Notes under the pieces: model-generated
Databases searched by the model: none
What the model was told of the DNA's origin: nothing
Seen by the model: only the letters and a program-made list of their open reading frames with translations
Origin: Eubacteriales bacterium
GTDB taxonomy: Bacteria; Bacillota; Clostridia; Oscillospirales; CAG-382
Assembly: GCA_045536935.1 (NCBI GenBank)
Contig: JAZSOO010000005.1
Coordinates: 2,804 to 66,803 of the forward strand
Reading direction: 5' to 3'
DNA: 64,000 nt
Shown: positions 29,840-38,644 of the stretch, in pieces
How positions within the stretch are numbered: the stretch's first letter is position 1
Layout: every line of letters begins with the position of its first letter
Position numbers and translations under genes: made by a program

Positions 29840-30454
29840 TTATCTTTCTTTTTTCAAGTTATAAGCTACTTTTTCGACAGCCTCGGGAAGGATCTTCCAT
29901 TCTGCCTGCTCCATAATACGCTTTTGGAGAGTTTCGGGGGTGTCATCCTCCAAAACGTCAACAGCCTTTTGAAGTATTATTTCGCCGCCGTCGGGAATCT
30001 CGTTAACAAAATGAACGGTTGCACCGCTGACCTTTACGCCGTATGCAAGAGCAGCTTCGTGAACGTGGAGTCCGTAAAAGCCCTTTCCGCAGAACGACGG
30101 AATCAATGCAGGGTGAACGTTAATTATGCGTTTGGGATAATCCTTTGTGAAATCTTCACTTAATATCGACATAAAGCCTGCAAGGACGATTATATCGATC
30201 TTATATTCGGAAAGCAGAGATTTTATCTTCGATTCAAAAGCTTCTGCACTTCCCAATTCCTTTTTGAGAACGGTTTCGGTCTTTATCCCTGCCCTTTCGG
30301 CACGGGTCAAAGCGAAAGCATCTTTGTTGTTGGAAATTACAAGTTCTATCGCACCGCTTTTTATGATGCCGTTAGCTTCAGCATCGATAAGCGCTTGAAG
30401 ATTTGTTCCGCCGCCCGAAACGAGCACGGCTATCTTTATCTTGGAATCGGACAT
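29840..30454 (-). CDS. purN: phosphoribosylglycinamide formyltransferase
   Basis: KIAVLVSGGGTNLQALID and NVHPALIPSF motifs. The ATG at 30454 follows AAAGGAAA. Confidence 0.9.
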   Translation of the reverse strand: MSDSKIKIAVLVSGGGTNLQALIDAEANGIIKSGAIELVISNNKDAFALTRAERAGIKTETVLKKELGSAEAFESKIKSLLSEYKIDIIVLAGFMSILSEDFTKDYPKRIINVHPALIPSFCGKGFYGLHVHEAALAYGVKVSGATVHFVNEIPDGGEIILQKAVDVLEDDTPETLQKRIMEQAEWKILPEAVEKVAYNLKKER

Positions 30455-30557
30455 TACTGCTTTCCTTTCGTTATAGCCGAAAAGAGTTGAACTCAATTCG
30501 GTTTAAAATGATATTTTTTATTATAACTTCGCAAAACTCGCTCAGAATATTGTTATT

Positions 30558-31607
30558 TTAGCAAATGGTAATTTTGTTTTCGGACTTGATGATTTCGCCG
30601 ATGACGTAAGCATCAATACCGTTATCCTTAAGAACGCCTATAGCCTTTTCAACGTCGGAAGGAGGAACAACTATGCTCATACCTACACCCATATTGAAGG
30701 TATTGAACATATCACGTTCGCTGATATTGCCCGTCTTTGCAATAAGGTCGAAGATAGGAAGAATACGGACAGATGCTTTATCGATCTTTGCGCCCAATCC
30801 GTCGGGAATGCTTCTCGGGATGTTTTCATAGAAGCCGCCGCCGGTTATATGGGAAATACCCTTAACGTCAACCTGTTCGAGAAGCGCAAGAACAGGTTTT
30901 ACGTAAATTTTAGTAGGAACAAGAAGAGTTTCTGCGATGGTAGCACCGCCGAGAGCTTCGTTGGGTTTATAAAGTTCGGGATTGTTATTATCGATATCAA
31001 AAACCTTACGGCAAAGCGAGAAGCCGTTGGAATGGATACCCGTAGAGGGTAAAGCGATTACAACGTCGCCTTCTGCCATTCTCTTGTTATCAATGATCTT
31101 TTTCTTATCAACAACACCGACGGTAAATCCTGCAAGGTCATATTCTTCTGCAGGCATCATACCGGGGTGTTCTGCGGTTTCGCCGCCGATGAGTGCCGCA
31201 CCCGACTGAACACAGCCTTCCGCAACACCTGCAACGAGCTCTGCTATCTTTTCGGGATAGTTCTTACCGCAAGCGATATAGTCGAGGAAGAAAAGGGGTT
31301 TTGCGCCGACGCAGACAACGTCGTTAACGCACATTGCGACACAGTCGATACCGATAGTATCGTGCTTGTCCATAAGGATCGCAAGCTTTAGCTTTGTGCC
31401 GACACCGTCGGTACCCGAAACTAAAACGGGCTCTTCCATACCTGCGATATTCAAGCCGAAGCAACCGCCGAAGCCGCCGACATCGTCAAGGCAACCTTCG
31501 TTACGGGTTCGCGCTATATGTTTTTTCATAAGTTCAACTGCTTTATAGCCTGCAGTTATATCTACACCTGCCGCTGCGTAGCTTTCGGATCTTGATTCGT
31601 TATGCAT
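30558..31607 (-). CDS. purM: phosphoribosylformylglycinamidine cyclo-ligase (AIR synthetase)
   Basis: PurM motifs ([22 protein letters not shown]). Confidence 0.95.
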   Translation of the reverse strand: MHNESRSESYAAAGVDITAGYKAVELMKKHIARTRNEGCLDDVGGFGGCFGLNIAGMEEPVLVSGTDGVGTKLKLAILMDKHDTIGIDCVAMCVNDVVCVGAKPLFFLDYIACGKNYPEKIAELVAGVAEGCVQSGAALIGGETAEHPGMMPAEEYDLAGFTVGVVDKKKIIDNKRMAEGDVVIALPSTGIHSNGFSLCRKVFDIDNNNPELYKPNEALGGATIAETLLVPTKIYVKPVLALLEQVDVKGISHITGGGFYENIPRSIPDGLGAKIDKASVRILPIFDLIAKTGNISERDMFNTFNMGVGMSIVVPPSDVEKAIGVLKDNGIDAYVIGEIIKSENKITIC

Positions 31608-31613
31608 AATTGA

Positions 31614-33038
31614 TTATTCCTTTCCGTTCCAGCAATACGTGCAGAGCTTTGATTCGTCAACACCTATTGCTTTTATTATTCCTTCGAGAGATTGGAATTC
31701 GAGAGAAGCAAATCCGAGCTTTTCGCAGATCGCTTTTCTGAACCTCTTTCCACGTTCTGTGGAGGAATCGCTGTATTCCTCGATATAGTTAAAGCCTTCT
31801 TCGCCTTCAAGCTCCATTATAGTGCGTCTGCCGAGAAGCTCCATATCGTTGTTATTGCGTGAAAAGTTTAAATACTTACAACCGTACATTATCGGAGGAC
31901 AAGCGGAGCGCATGTGGACCGCCTTTGCGCCGTTTTCGTAAAGAAAATCTACGGTTTCTTTAAGCTGGGTTCCCCTTACTATCGAATCGTCGACAAAGAG
32001 AAGGCTTTTGTCGATTATCAGATCGTGAATCGGAATCTGCTTCATTTTTGCAACCTTGCAACGTTCCGCCTGACGAGAGGACATAAAGCTTCTTGTCCAC
32101 GTGGGTGTATATTTTATAAACGGACGGGCAAACGGGATGTGGCTTTTGTTTGCATAGCCGATTGCGTGAGGAGTTCCCGAATCGGGCACACCGCCGACAT
32201 AGTCTATATCATAATTATTTCCCGATGCTATATCATTCTCAGCCATTATCTCGCCGTTACGGTAACGCATCATTTCTACGTTCACGCCTTCGTAATCAGA
32301 CGTTGAATATCCGTAATACGACCAAAGAAAAGCACATATCTTCATTTCCTTGCCGGGTGCTTTAAGCTGGGTCAAACCGTCGCTTGTAAGTTCTACAATT
32401 TCTCCGGGACCGAGTTCTTTTTCGAATTCGTAGCCCATTTTTTTATAGGCGAAGGATTCAAAAGAAACGCTGTATCCGTCTTCACACTTACCGATATTAA
32501 CGGGAATCCTGCCCAATCTGTCACGTGCAGCGATTATCGAGCCGTTATCACGGAGAATTAATATCGAAGCGGAGCCGTCTATTGATTCCTGAACCGAACG
32601 GATACCTTCAACGAAATCGTTCTTTTGATTTATGAGTGCGGCGATAAGCTCGGTATTATTGACCGAACCGCCCGTCATCGCATCGAAATGGACCGAGCCC
32701 GATTCAAGTGCTTTATCGATAAGTTCATCGGCATTATTGATTGCGCCGACAAAGCATATTGCATACGTACCCAAGCGAGAACGGATGAGAAGAGGTTGAG
32801 GTTCGGAATCGCTGATACAGCCGATTGCCGAAACACCCTTCATATCACCCAATATGTGATCAAACTTTGTTCTGAACGGTGTATTTTCTATATTGTGAAT
32901 AACGCGTTGCAAGCCGATTTCTTTATCATAAGCCGCCACACCTGCACGGCGTGTGCCGAGATGGGAATGGTAGTCAACTCCGAAAAATACGTCGGCAAGG
33001 CAATCACGTTTTGAGGCTACGCCAAAAAATGCTCCCAT
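31614..33038 (-). CDS. purF: amidophosphoribosyltransferase-like protein lacking the N-terminal catalytic Cys
   Basis: The PRTase motif LLFVDDSIVRGTQ and overall PurF layout are present. The N-terminus is MGAFFGV rather than MCG, and an in-frame TGA lies two codons upstream of the ATG. Confidence 0.8.
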   Translation of the reverse strand: MGAFFGVASKRDCLADVFFGVDYHSHLGTRRAGVAAYDKEIGLQRVIHNIENTPFRTKFDHILGDMKGVSAIGCISDSEPQPLLIRSRLGTYAICFVGAINNADELIDKALESGSVHFDAMTGGSVNNTELIAALINQKNDFVEGIRSVQESIDGSASILILRDNGSIIAARDRLGRIPVNIGKCEDGYSVSFESFAYKKMGYEFEKELGPGEIVELTSDGLTQLKAPGKEMKICAFLWSYYGYSTSDYEGVNVEMMRYRNGEIMAENDIASGNNYDIDYVGGVPDSGTPHAIGYANKSHIPFARPFIKYTPTWTRSFMSSRQAERCKVAKMKQIPIHDLIIDKSLLFVDDSIVRGTQLKETVDFLYENGAKAVHMRSACPPIMYGCKYLNFSRNNNDMELLGRRTIMELEGEEGFNYIEEYSDSSTERGKRFRKAICEKLGFASLEFQSLEGIIKAIGVDESKLCTYCWNGKE

Positions 33039-33080
33039 TTTTCAATCTTGCTTTCTGTTTTGCTTTTTTTAATTTTAATC

Positions 33081-33761
33081 TTATGCGAAGAAGAGCTCCG
33101 AAAGAGTCATCGGGTCGATATATTCGCCGTTTTTGTAAACACGCATATTGCCCGATGCGATCTCATCGATAAGCATTACGTTGCCGTCTGCGTCGTAACC
33201 GAATTCGAACTTAATATCGTAAAGAACGAGGCCTTTTTCAAGAAGGTCGTCAGCAACGATCTGAGTTATCTTCTGAGTCATTTCCTTGATATCGTCATAC
33301 TGCTTTGCAGTCATAACACCAAGGTCTACAAGACCGTCTTTTGTAACAAGGGGGTCACCCTTTGCGTCATTCTTGAAGGTAGTTTCAACGTATGCGGGAA
33401 GGTCTGCGCCTTCTTCGATATAATCGCTGTAACGGCGGTAGAAGCTGCCTACTGCTTTATGACGGCAGATTACTTCAAGTCCTTTGCCGAATGCTTTTGC
33501 GGGAAGAACTTCCATAGTTGTATTTTCAAGGTCTGCGCTGATATAGTGAGTCTTAATGCCTGCTGCATTAACCTTTTCGAAGAAATAGATGGACATACGG
33601 AGATTTACGTCGCCGACACCTTCGATGGTAAGGCCGACAGAGTTTTCGCCGGGATCGAACACGCCGTCTTTGCCGGTGCAGTCATCTTTGAATTTGAGAA
33701 GGTAGTTGCCGTTGTCGAGAGCGAATACATTTTTGGTTTTTCCGGTGTAAACAAGTTTCAT
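33081..33761 (-). CDS. purC: phosphoribosylaminoimidazole-succinocarboxamide synthase
   Basis: 226 aa, SAICAR-synthetase-like (YTGKTKNVF..., LIDEI), in pur operon context. Confidence 0.9.
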   Translation of the reverse strand: MKLVYTGKTKNVFALDNGNYLLKFKDDCTGKDGVFDPGENSVGLTIEGVGDVNLRMSIYFFEKVNAAGIKTHYISADLENTTMEVLPAKAFGKGLEVICRHKAVGSFYRRYSDYIEEGADLPAYVETTFKNDAKGDPLVTKDGLVDLGVMTAKQYDDIKEMTQKITQIVADDLLEKGLVLYDIKFEFGYDADGNVMLIDEIASGNMRVYKNGEYIDPMTLSELFFA

Positions 33762-33800
33762 TTTTAATTTCTCCTGAATTTATAATAAATTTTTATTTTT

Positions 33801-34289
33801 TTAAAGTTTTTCAAGTATGTTTGCGTCTTTTTCAAGAACTGCGTTTGCATCGCTGACACGTTTTGCATCAAGCTTTTCTGCCAATTCTTTATCCTCAACA
33901 GCAAGGATCTGTGCGGCAAGAAGCGCCGCATTTGCACCGCCGTTGATAGCAACCGTTGCTACGGGGATACCCGTGGGCATTTGAACGGTTGCAAGCAATG
34001 CGTCCATTCCGTCAAGAACGGGGCCCTTACAAGGCAAGCCGATAACGGGCAAAGTTGTATTTGCCGCAACGGCACCTGCCAAATGAGCCGCCATACCTGC
34101 CGCCGCAATAATTACGCCGAAGCCGTTCTTACGGGCATTGGCAGAAAAATCACGTGCCTGCTCGGGAGTTCTGTGTGCAGAATAGACGTGGACTTCAAAG
34201 GGAATATCCAACGATTTTAACATATCCGTTGCTTTTTTGATGATAGGAAGGTCGCTATCGCTTCCCATTACGATTCCAACTTTTTTCAT
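33801..34289 (-). CDS. purE: 5-(carboxyamino)imidazole ribonucleotide mutase
   Basis: KVGIVMGSDSD and AGMAAHLAG motifs. I prefer the ATG at 34289, 10 nt after AGGAG, over the listed TTG at 34298. Confidence 0.93.
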   Translation of the reverse strand: MKKVGIVMGSDSDLPIIKKATDMLKSLDIPFEVHVYSAHRTPEQARDFSANARKNGFGVIIAAAGMAAHLAGAVAANTTLPVIGLPCKGPVLDGMDALLATVQMPTGIPVATVAINGGANAALLAAQILAVEDKELAEKLDAKRVSDANAVLEKDANILEKL

Positions 34290-34310
34290 GATCGTCAAGC
34301 TCCTGTAATT

Positions 34311-34352
34311 GAAAATATAAAAGGGCGCACTTACTTAACAGCAAATGCGCCC
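34311..34352 (-). terminator. expression-platform terminator of the ZTP riboswitch
   Basis: On the minus strand, GGGCGCA-N16-TGCGCCC followed by TTTTATATTTT. The 5' arm overlaps the conserved CUGGGCG 3' end of the aptamer. Confidence 0.7.
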
Positions 34353-34467
34353 AGACGGTCGGCTTTTATACTCGGAAATATATCCTTTCCGAGGCTTTAC
34401 ATTCCGTAAAGCGAGTTCTTTGTTTCCTTGTGGTGCTCCACAAATTCCCGTCAGTCGCAAAGAACTT
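34348..34467 (-). ncRNA. ZTP (pfl-motif) riboswitch aptamer
   Basis: On the minus strand, a P1 helix AGTTCTTTG/CAAAGAACT encloses GACTGACGG...GTGGAGCACCAC. Downstream lies GCCGACCGTCTGGGCG, and CCGTC can form a pseudoknot with GACGG. These are the conserved cores of the pfl/ZTP motif, in the typical position ahead of purine and folate genes. Confidence 0.8.
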
Positions 34468-34480
34468 TATTGACTTTTTA

Positions 34481-34509
34481 AGTATACCACATCGTCATTT
34501 TTGTGTCAA
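34481..34509 (-). promoter_or_regulatory. promoter of the pur operon
   Basis: On the minus strand, TTGACA (34509-34504), a 17-nt spacer, then TATACT (34486-34481). Confidence 0.6.
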
Positions 34510-34559
34510 GAAGAAACATGCCGTTTTTCCTTGTTTTTTATCGAAAAAACAACGTATTT

Positions 34560-35636
34560 TTATACTGTTGCTTCGCAATATGCACAATGCAATACTTCTT
34601 CGTCTTTGTTCTTGACGGCTTTGGGCATTAATTCCCTTTCGTTATTCGAAATGCAACGCTGATTGGGGCAACGTTCGATAGAAACGGTATCCCTTTCATC
34701 AACGCATTTATTGGGATTCTTCTCTGCTTCTTCAAGCAATTTCAATATCAATGCTTTTCTTCCATTCTTACCGTTTGCAACCTGCTTGAAATAGCACGCA
34801 CGGGGGTCGGAATCGACAGCAACGGTGATTTCATCAACACGAGGAAGCGGATGAAGGATTATCATATCAGACTTTGCGTTCTCTAATCTCGCAGGGTCGA
34901 GAATATAACAGCCCTTAAGGCGCTCGTACTGTTCACGGTCGTCAAAGCGTTCTTCCTGAATACGGGTCATGTACAAAATATCGAGATCGGGTATAGCCGT
35001 TTCGAGATTGTCGTTTTCTTCGTACGGAATGCCGTTCTTTTCGATAACTTCCCTCTTGATATATTCGGGAAGAGCGAGCTCTTTCGGGGAGATCAAAACG
35101 ATCTTTATTCCCGTATAGCGTGAAAGTGCAGATATGAGCGAATGCACGGGTCTGCCGTACTTTAAGTCACCGCAAAAACCGACGGTTAAATTATCAAAAC
35201 GGCCTTTTTCACGGTAAATCGTCACCAAATCGGCAAGGGTTTGCGTTGGATGTGCGTGACCGCCGTCACCTGCATTGATCACGGGAACTTCCGAATTGAG
35301 CGATGCAACGTAAGGTGCACCTTCAAGAGGATGGCGCATTGCGATTATATCCGCATAGCAGCTTACAACACGGGCGGTATCGGCAATAGTTTCACCCTTT
35401 GAAGCAGAACTGTTTCTTGCATCGGAAAAGCCGATAACGCTTCCGCCGAGCTCGAGCATTGCCGCTTCGAAGCTTAGACGTGTTCTTGTTGAGGGTTCAA
35501 AAAACAAGGTCGCAAGCTTTTTACCCTTACAGCATTCGCTGTATTTTTTCGGGTTTTCGATAATATCGCACGCAGTTTTTACAAGTTCATCAAGTTCTTC
35601 GACGGTTAGATCGAGGATATCGATAAGACTTCTCAT
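34560..35636 (-). CDS. pyrB: aspartate carbamoyltransferase catalytic chain fused to a PyrI-type zinc domain
   Basis: ATCase motifs ([22 protein letters not shown]) fill the first ~305 aa. A ~50-aa tail with [11 protein letters not shown]...LHCAYCE matches the Cys4 zinc domain of the regulatory chain. Confidence 0.9.
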   Translation of the reverse strand: MRSLIDILDLTVEELDELVKTACDIIENPKKYSECCKGKKLATLFFEPSTRTRLSFEAAMLELGGSVIGFSDARNSSASKGETIADTARVVSCYADIIAMRHPLEGAPYVASLNSEVPVINAGDGGHAHPTQTLADLVTIYREKGRFDNLTVGFCGDLKYGRPVHSLISALSRYTGIKIVLISPKELALPEYIKREVIEKNGIPYEENDNLETAIPDLDILYMTRIQEERFDDREQYERLKGCYILDPARLENAKSDMIILHPLPRVDEITVAVDSDPRACYFKQVANGKNGRKALILKLLEEAEKNPNKCVDERDTVSIERCPNQRCISNNERELMPKAVKNKDEEVLHCAYCEATV

Positions 35637-36289
35637 ATTTTTGCTCCGTTTACCTCAAGGTATTTTTTGATTCTGTCAACGTTTTCTTTATTTGCTTCGT
35701 CTTCTTCAAGGTATTCGATTATATCATAAACGTCTACAACAGAATACACGGGGAATCCAAACTCATCGGAAACCTCTTGCATTGCAGACTTTTCGGTCTT
35801 GCCCTTTTCTTTTCTGTCTACCATAACAAAGGTTGCGGCAACCTTAACTCCTTCAAGAGAAGAAAGGATAGCCATGCTTTCTCTTATTGCAGTACCTGCG
35901 GTGATAACGTCTTCTACGATAACGACTTCATCGCCTGCTTTCGGTACATAGCCGACAAAAACACCGCCTTCGCCATGGTCCTTTGCTTCTTTACGGTTGA
36001 AGAAGAAGGGAACGTCAAGGCCTTCTTTGGAAAGTGCAATAGAGGAAGAAACCGCTATAGAGATACCCTTATATGCGGGTCCGTAAAGAACGGTACGTTT
36101 ATTTCCGAATTTTTCGGAATATGCTTTTGCATAAAATTCGCCGAGCTTTGCGATCTGCTCACCCGTTTTTATATCGCCTGCGTTGATGAAATAAGGTATT
36201 CTTCTACCGCTTTTTGCGATAAAATCTCCGAATTTAAGAACGCCTGCGTTCTGCAAAAATTGTATAAACTCTCTTTTATATGTTTGCAT
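35633..36289 (-). CDS. pyrE: orotate phosphoribosyltransferase
   Basis: PRPP motif [13 protein letters not shown], PyrE-like sequence and operon context. Confidence 0.9.
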   Translation of the reverse strand: MQTYKREFIQFLQNAGVLKFGDFIAKSGRRIPYFINAGDIKTGEQIAKLGEFYAKAYSEKFGNKRTVLYGPAYKGISIAVSSSIALSKEGLDVPFFFNRKEAKDHGEGGVFVGYVPKAGDEVVIVEDVITAGTAIRESMAILSSLEGVKVAATFVMVDRKEKGKTEKSAMQEVSDEFGFPVYSVVDVYDIIEYLEEDEANKENVDRIKKYLEVNGAKI

Positions 36290-36300
36290 TTTAATTCTCC

Positions 36301-36999
36301 TTAATCAACAAATTCAGCCACGCAGCGTTCATACGCCGCAACGGGATCCTCTGCTGCGGTGATAGGTCTGCCGACAACGATATAGTCGGAGCCGACACGT
36401 TTTGCTTCGGCAGGGGTCATAACACGCTTTTGGTCGCCGATATCGCCGTCAGCAAAGCGAACGCCGGGGGTTACGGTGAGGAAATCCTTACCGCAGGTAT
36501 CGTGAACCTTGCCCGCTTCAAGAGGAGAGCAAACGACACCGTCAAGACCCGAATTCTTTGCGGTCTCCGCATAGTGCATTACGACCTTATCAATGGGTTC
36601 TTTTATTAGAAGGTCGTTTTCCATAATTTCCTGATCGGTGGAAGTAAGCTGGGTTACTGCGATAAGAAGAGGACGGGTTCCGTCGGGACGTGTCAATCCT
36701 TCAAGCGCCCCCTGCATCATACGGGAAGTGCCTGCAGCGTGAAGGTTTGTCATATCAACGTCAAGACGTGAAAGAACCGCCATTGATTTTTTTACGGTAT
36801 TGGGAATATCGTGAAGCTTGAGATCGAGGAATATCTTATGTCCTCTTGCTTTAAGCTCACGAACTATGGAAGGTCCTTCAGCATAGAAAAGCTCCATACC
36901 GATCTTTACAAAAGGTTTTTTGCCCGTGAATTTATCGAGAAACGCAAAGGTCTGTTCTGCGCTCGAAAAATCACAAGCGATGATTACGTCCTTGCCCAT
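36301..36999 (-). CDS. pyrF: orotidine-5'-phosphate decarboxylase
   Basis: Motifs DLKLHDIPNT and IVVGRPI. Confidence 0.93.
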   Translation of the reverse strand: MGKDVIIACDFSSAEQTFAFLDKFTGKKPFVKIGMELFYAEGPSIVRELKARGHKIFLDLKLHDIPNTVKKSMAVLSRLDVDMTNLHAAGTSRMMQGALEGLTRPDGTRPLLIAVTQLTSTDQEIMENDLLIKEPIDKVVMHYAETAKNSGLDGVVCSPLEAGKVHDTCGKDFLTVTPGVRFADGDIGDQKRVMTPAEAKRVGSDYIVVGRPITAAEDPVAAYERCVAEFVD

Positions 37000-37910
37000 T
37001 ATTCAACCACTCCTATTATATCTTTTAGATTTTCGATTCTGTATTTTTTCATTACTTCCGGGAGATCCTCGATTATCTTTTTACAAGCGTAAGGATCAAC
37101 CAAATTTGCCGCACCGACTTCAACCGCAGTTGCACCTGCGAGCATCATTTCGATAACGTCCTCTGCCGTGCTTACACCGCCCATACCGATAACGGGTATA
37201 TTGACGGCGTGGGACACCTGATATACCATACGAAGCGCAACCGGGAAGATCGCCTTACCCGAAAAACCGCCCATTTTATTAGCGATTACAGGCTTTTTGG
37301 TACGAAGGTCGATACGCATACCGAGCATTGTATTTATAAGGCTTATGCCGTCCGCACCCGCTTCTTCGCAAGCTTTTGCGATAGCAACGATATCGGTTAC
37401 GTTGGGGGAAAGTTTGATTATTACGGGTTTTGTCGTTACGGCTTTTACGGCACGGGTCACTTCTGCCGCCGCTTCGGGCGAAGTACCGAAGCTCATACCG
37501 CCGCCGTGAACGTTCGGACAGCTTACGTTAACCTCCAGCCAGCCGACAATATCACATTTATCAAGCTTTTCGCAAGTATAAGCATAGTCCTCAACAGAGA
37601 AACCGCTTACGTTCGCCATAACCTTTTTATTAAAGCATTTCGAAAGCTTCGGAAGTTCTTCGGAGATCACCTTTTCGACGCCCGGATTTTGAAGTCCGAC
37701 AGCGTTTATCATTCCCGCTTCACATTCTGCAATACGGGGTGTGGGGTTGCCGAAACGGGGGTCTTTTGTAGTACCCTTGAAGGAAAAAGTACCAAGCAAA
37801 TTTATATCGTAAAGTTCTGCAAATTCATAGCCGAATCCAAAGGTTCCGCTTGCGGGGATAATAGGATTATCGAGCGTTATTCCGCAGAGTTCAACGTTCA
37901 TTTTTCCCAT
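36999..37910 (-). CDS. pyrD: dihydroorotate dehydrogenase B, catalytic subunit
   Basis: Class 1B PyrD motifs (NPIIPASGTFGFG, GGVSTAEDV). GGAGGAG lies 5 nt upstream of the ATG. Confidence 0.93.
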   Translation of the reverse strand: MGKMNVELCGITLDNPIIPASGTFGFGYEFAELYDINLLGTFSFKGTTKDPRFGNPTPRIAECEAGMINAVGLQNPGVEKVISEELPKLSKCFNKKVMANVSGFSVEDYAYTCEKLDKCDIVGWLEVNVSCPNVHGGGMSFGTSPEAAAEVTRAVKAVTTKPVIIKLSPNVTDIVAIAKACEEAGADGISLINTMLGMRIDLRTKKPVIANKMGGFSGKAIFPVALRMVYQVSHAVNIPVIGMGGVSTAEDVIEMMLAGATAVEVGAANLVDPYACKKIIEDLPEVMKKYRIENLKDIIGVVE

Positions 37911-38632
37911 AATATCTCCTCCTTCATAAGAACGGGGCCTTCCTTGCAGATGCGTTTATAGCCCGTTATAGTCTTGCAGGAGCAACCCATACAAGCACCG
38001 AAGCCGCAGCCCATTCTTTCCTCGAAGCTATACTGGCCAGAGGTTTTGGATGCGGAATAGACCGCCTTAAGCATAGGTTCAGGACCGCAACAGAAGGTAT
38101 GAGTATAATCTGCATTTTCCATAAGTGCAGTTACGAATCCTTTTGTTCCGTGAGTACCGTCAACGGTAGTTACGCCGACTTCACAGCCCAATGCCTTGAA
38201 TTCTTCTTCATAAAATACCTCGTCCTTCGTATTGAAGCCGAGTATTACCGAGACCTTTTTGCCTTCTGCGACAAGCTTTTTAGCAAGAAGGTACATAGGG
38301 GGTACGCCTACCCCGCCGCCGATGAGCAGAGGTCTATCGCCCGAAAGCGAAAGATTATAACCGTTGCCCAAGCCCGAAAGAACGTCAAGAGTGCCCGATT
38401 GCATCTTCGACATCTGTTCGGTGCCTTTGCCGACGATCTTATAGATTATTGTCAAAACGTCGCCCTCGCAATCGCAAACAGAGATGGGACGGCGAAGGAA
38501 AAGTCCGTCTAATTTGATATTTACAAACTGTCCCGATGCGGTAACGGCGCTTGTATCGCCTTTAAGGCGCATACGCATTACCGTATCGGTCAATTTTGTA
38601 TTTTCGATTATTTCAAAGAGGCTTTGAATCAT
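37898..38632 (-). CDS. pyrK: dihydroorotate dehydrogenase B, electron-transfer subunit
   Basis: FAD/NAD-binding fold plus a C-terminal 2Fe-2S Cys cluster (CGFGACMGCSC). Confidence 0.9.
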   Translation of the reverse strand: MIQSLFEIIENTKLTDTVMRMRLKGDTSAVTASGQFVNIKLDGLFLRRPISVCDCEGDVLTIIYKIVGKGTEQMSKMQSGTLDVLSGLGNGYNLSLSGDRPLLIGGGVGVPPMYLLAKKLVAEGKKVSVILGFNTKDEVFYEEEFKALGCEVGVTTVDGTHGTKGFVTALMENADYTHTFCCGPEPMLKAVYSASKTSGQYSFEERMGCGFGACMGCSCKTITGYKRICKEGPVLMKEEILWEK

Positions 38633-38644
38633 AATTTCCGCCTT

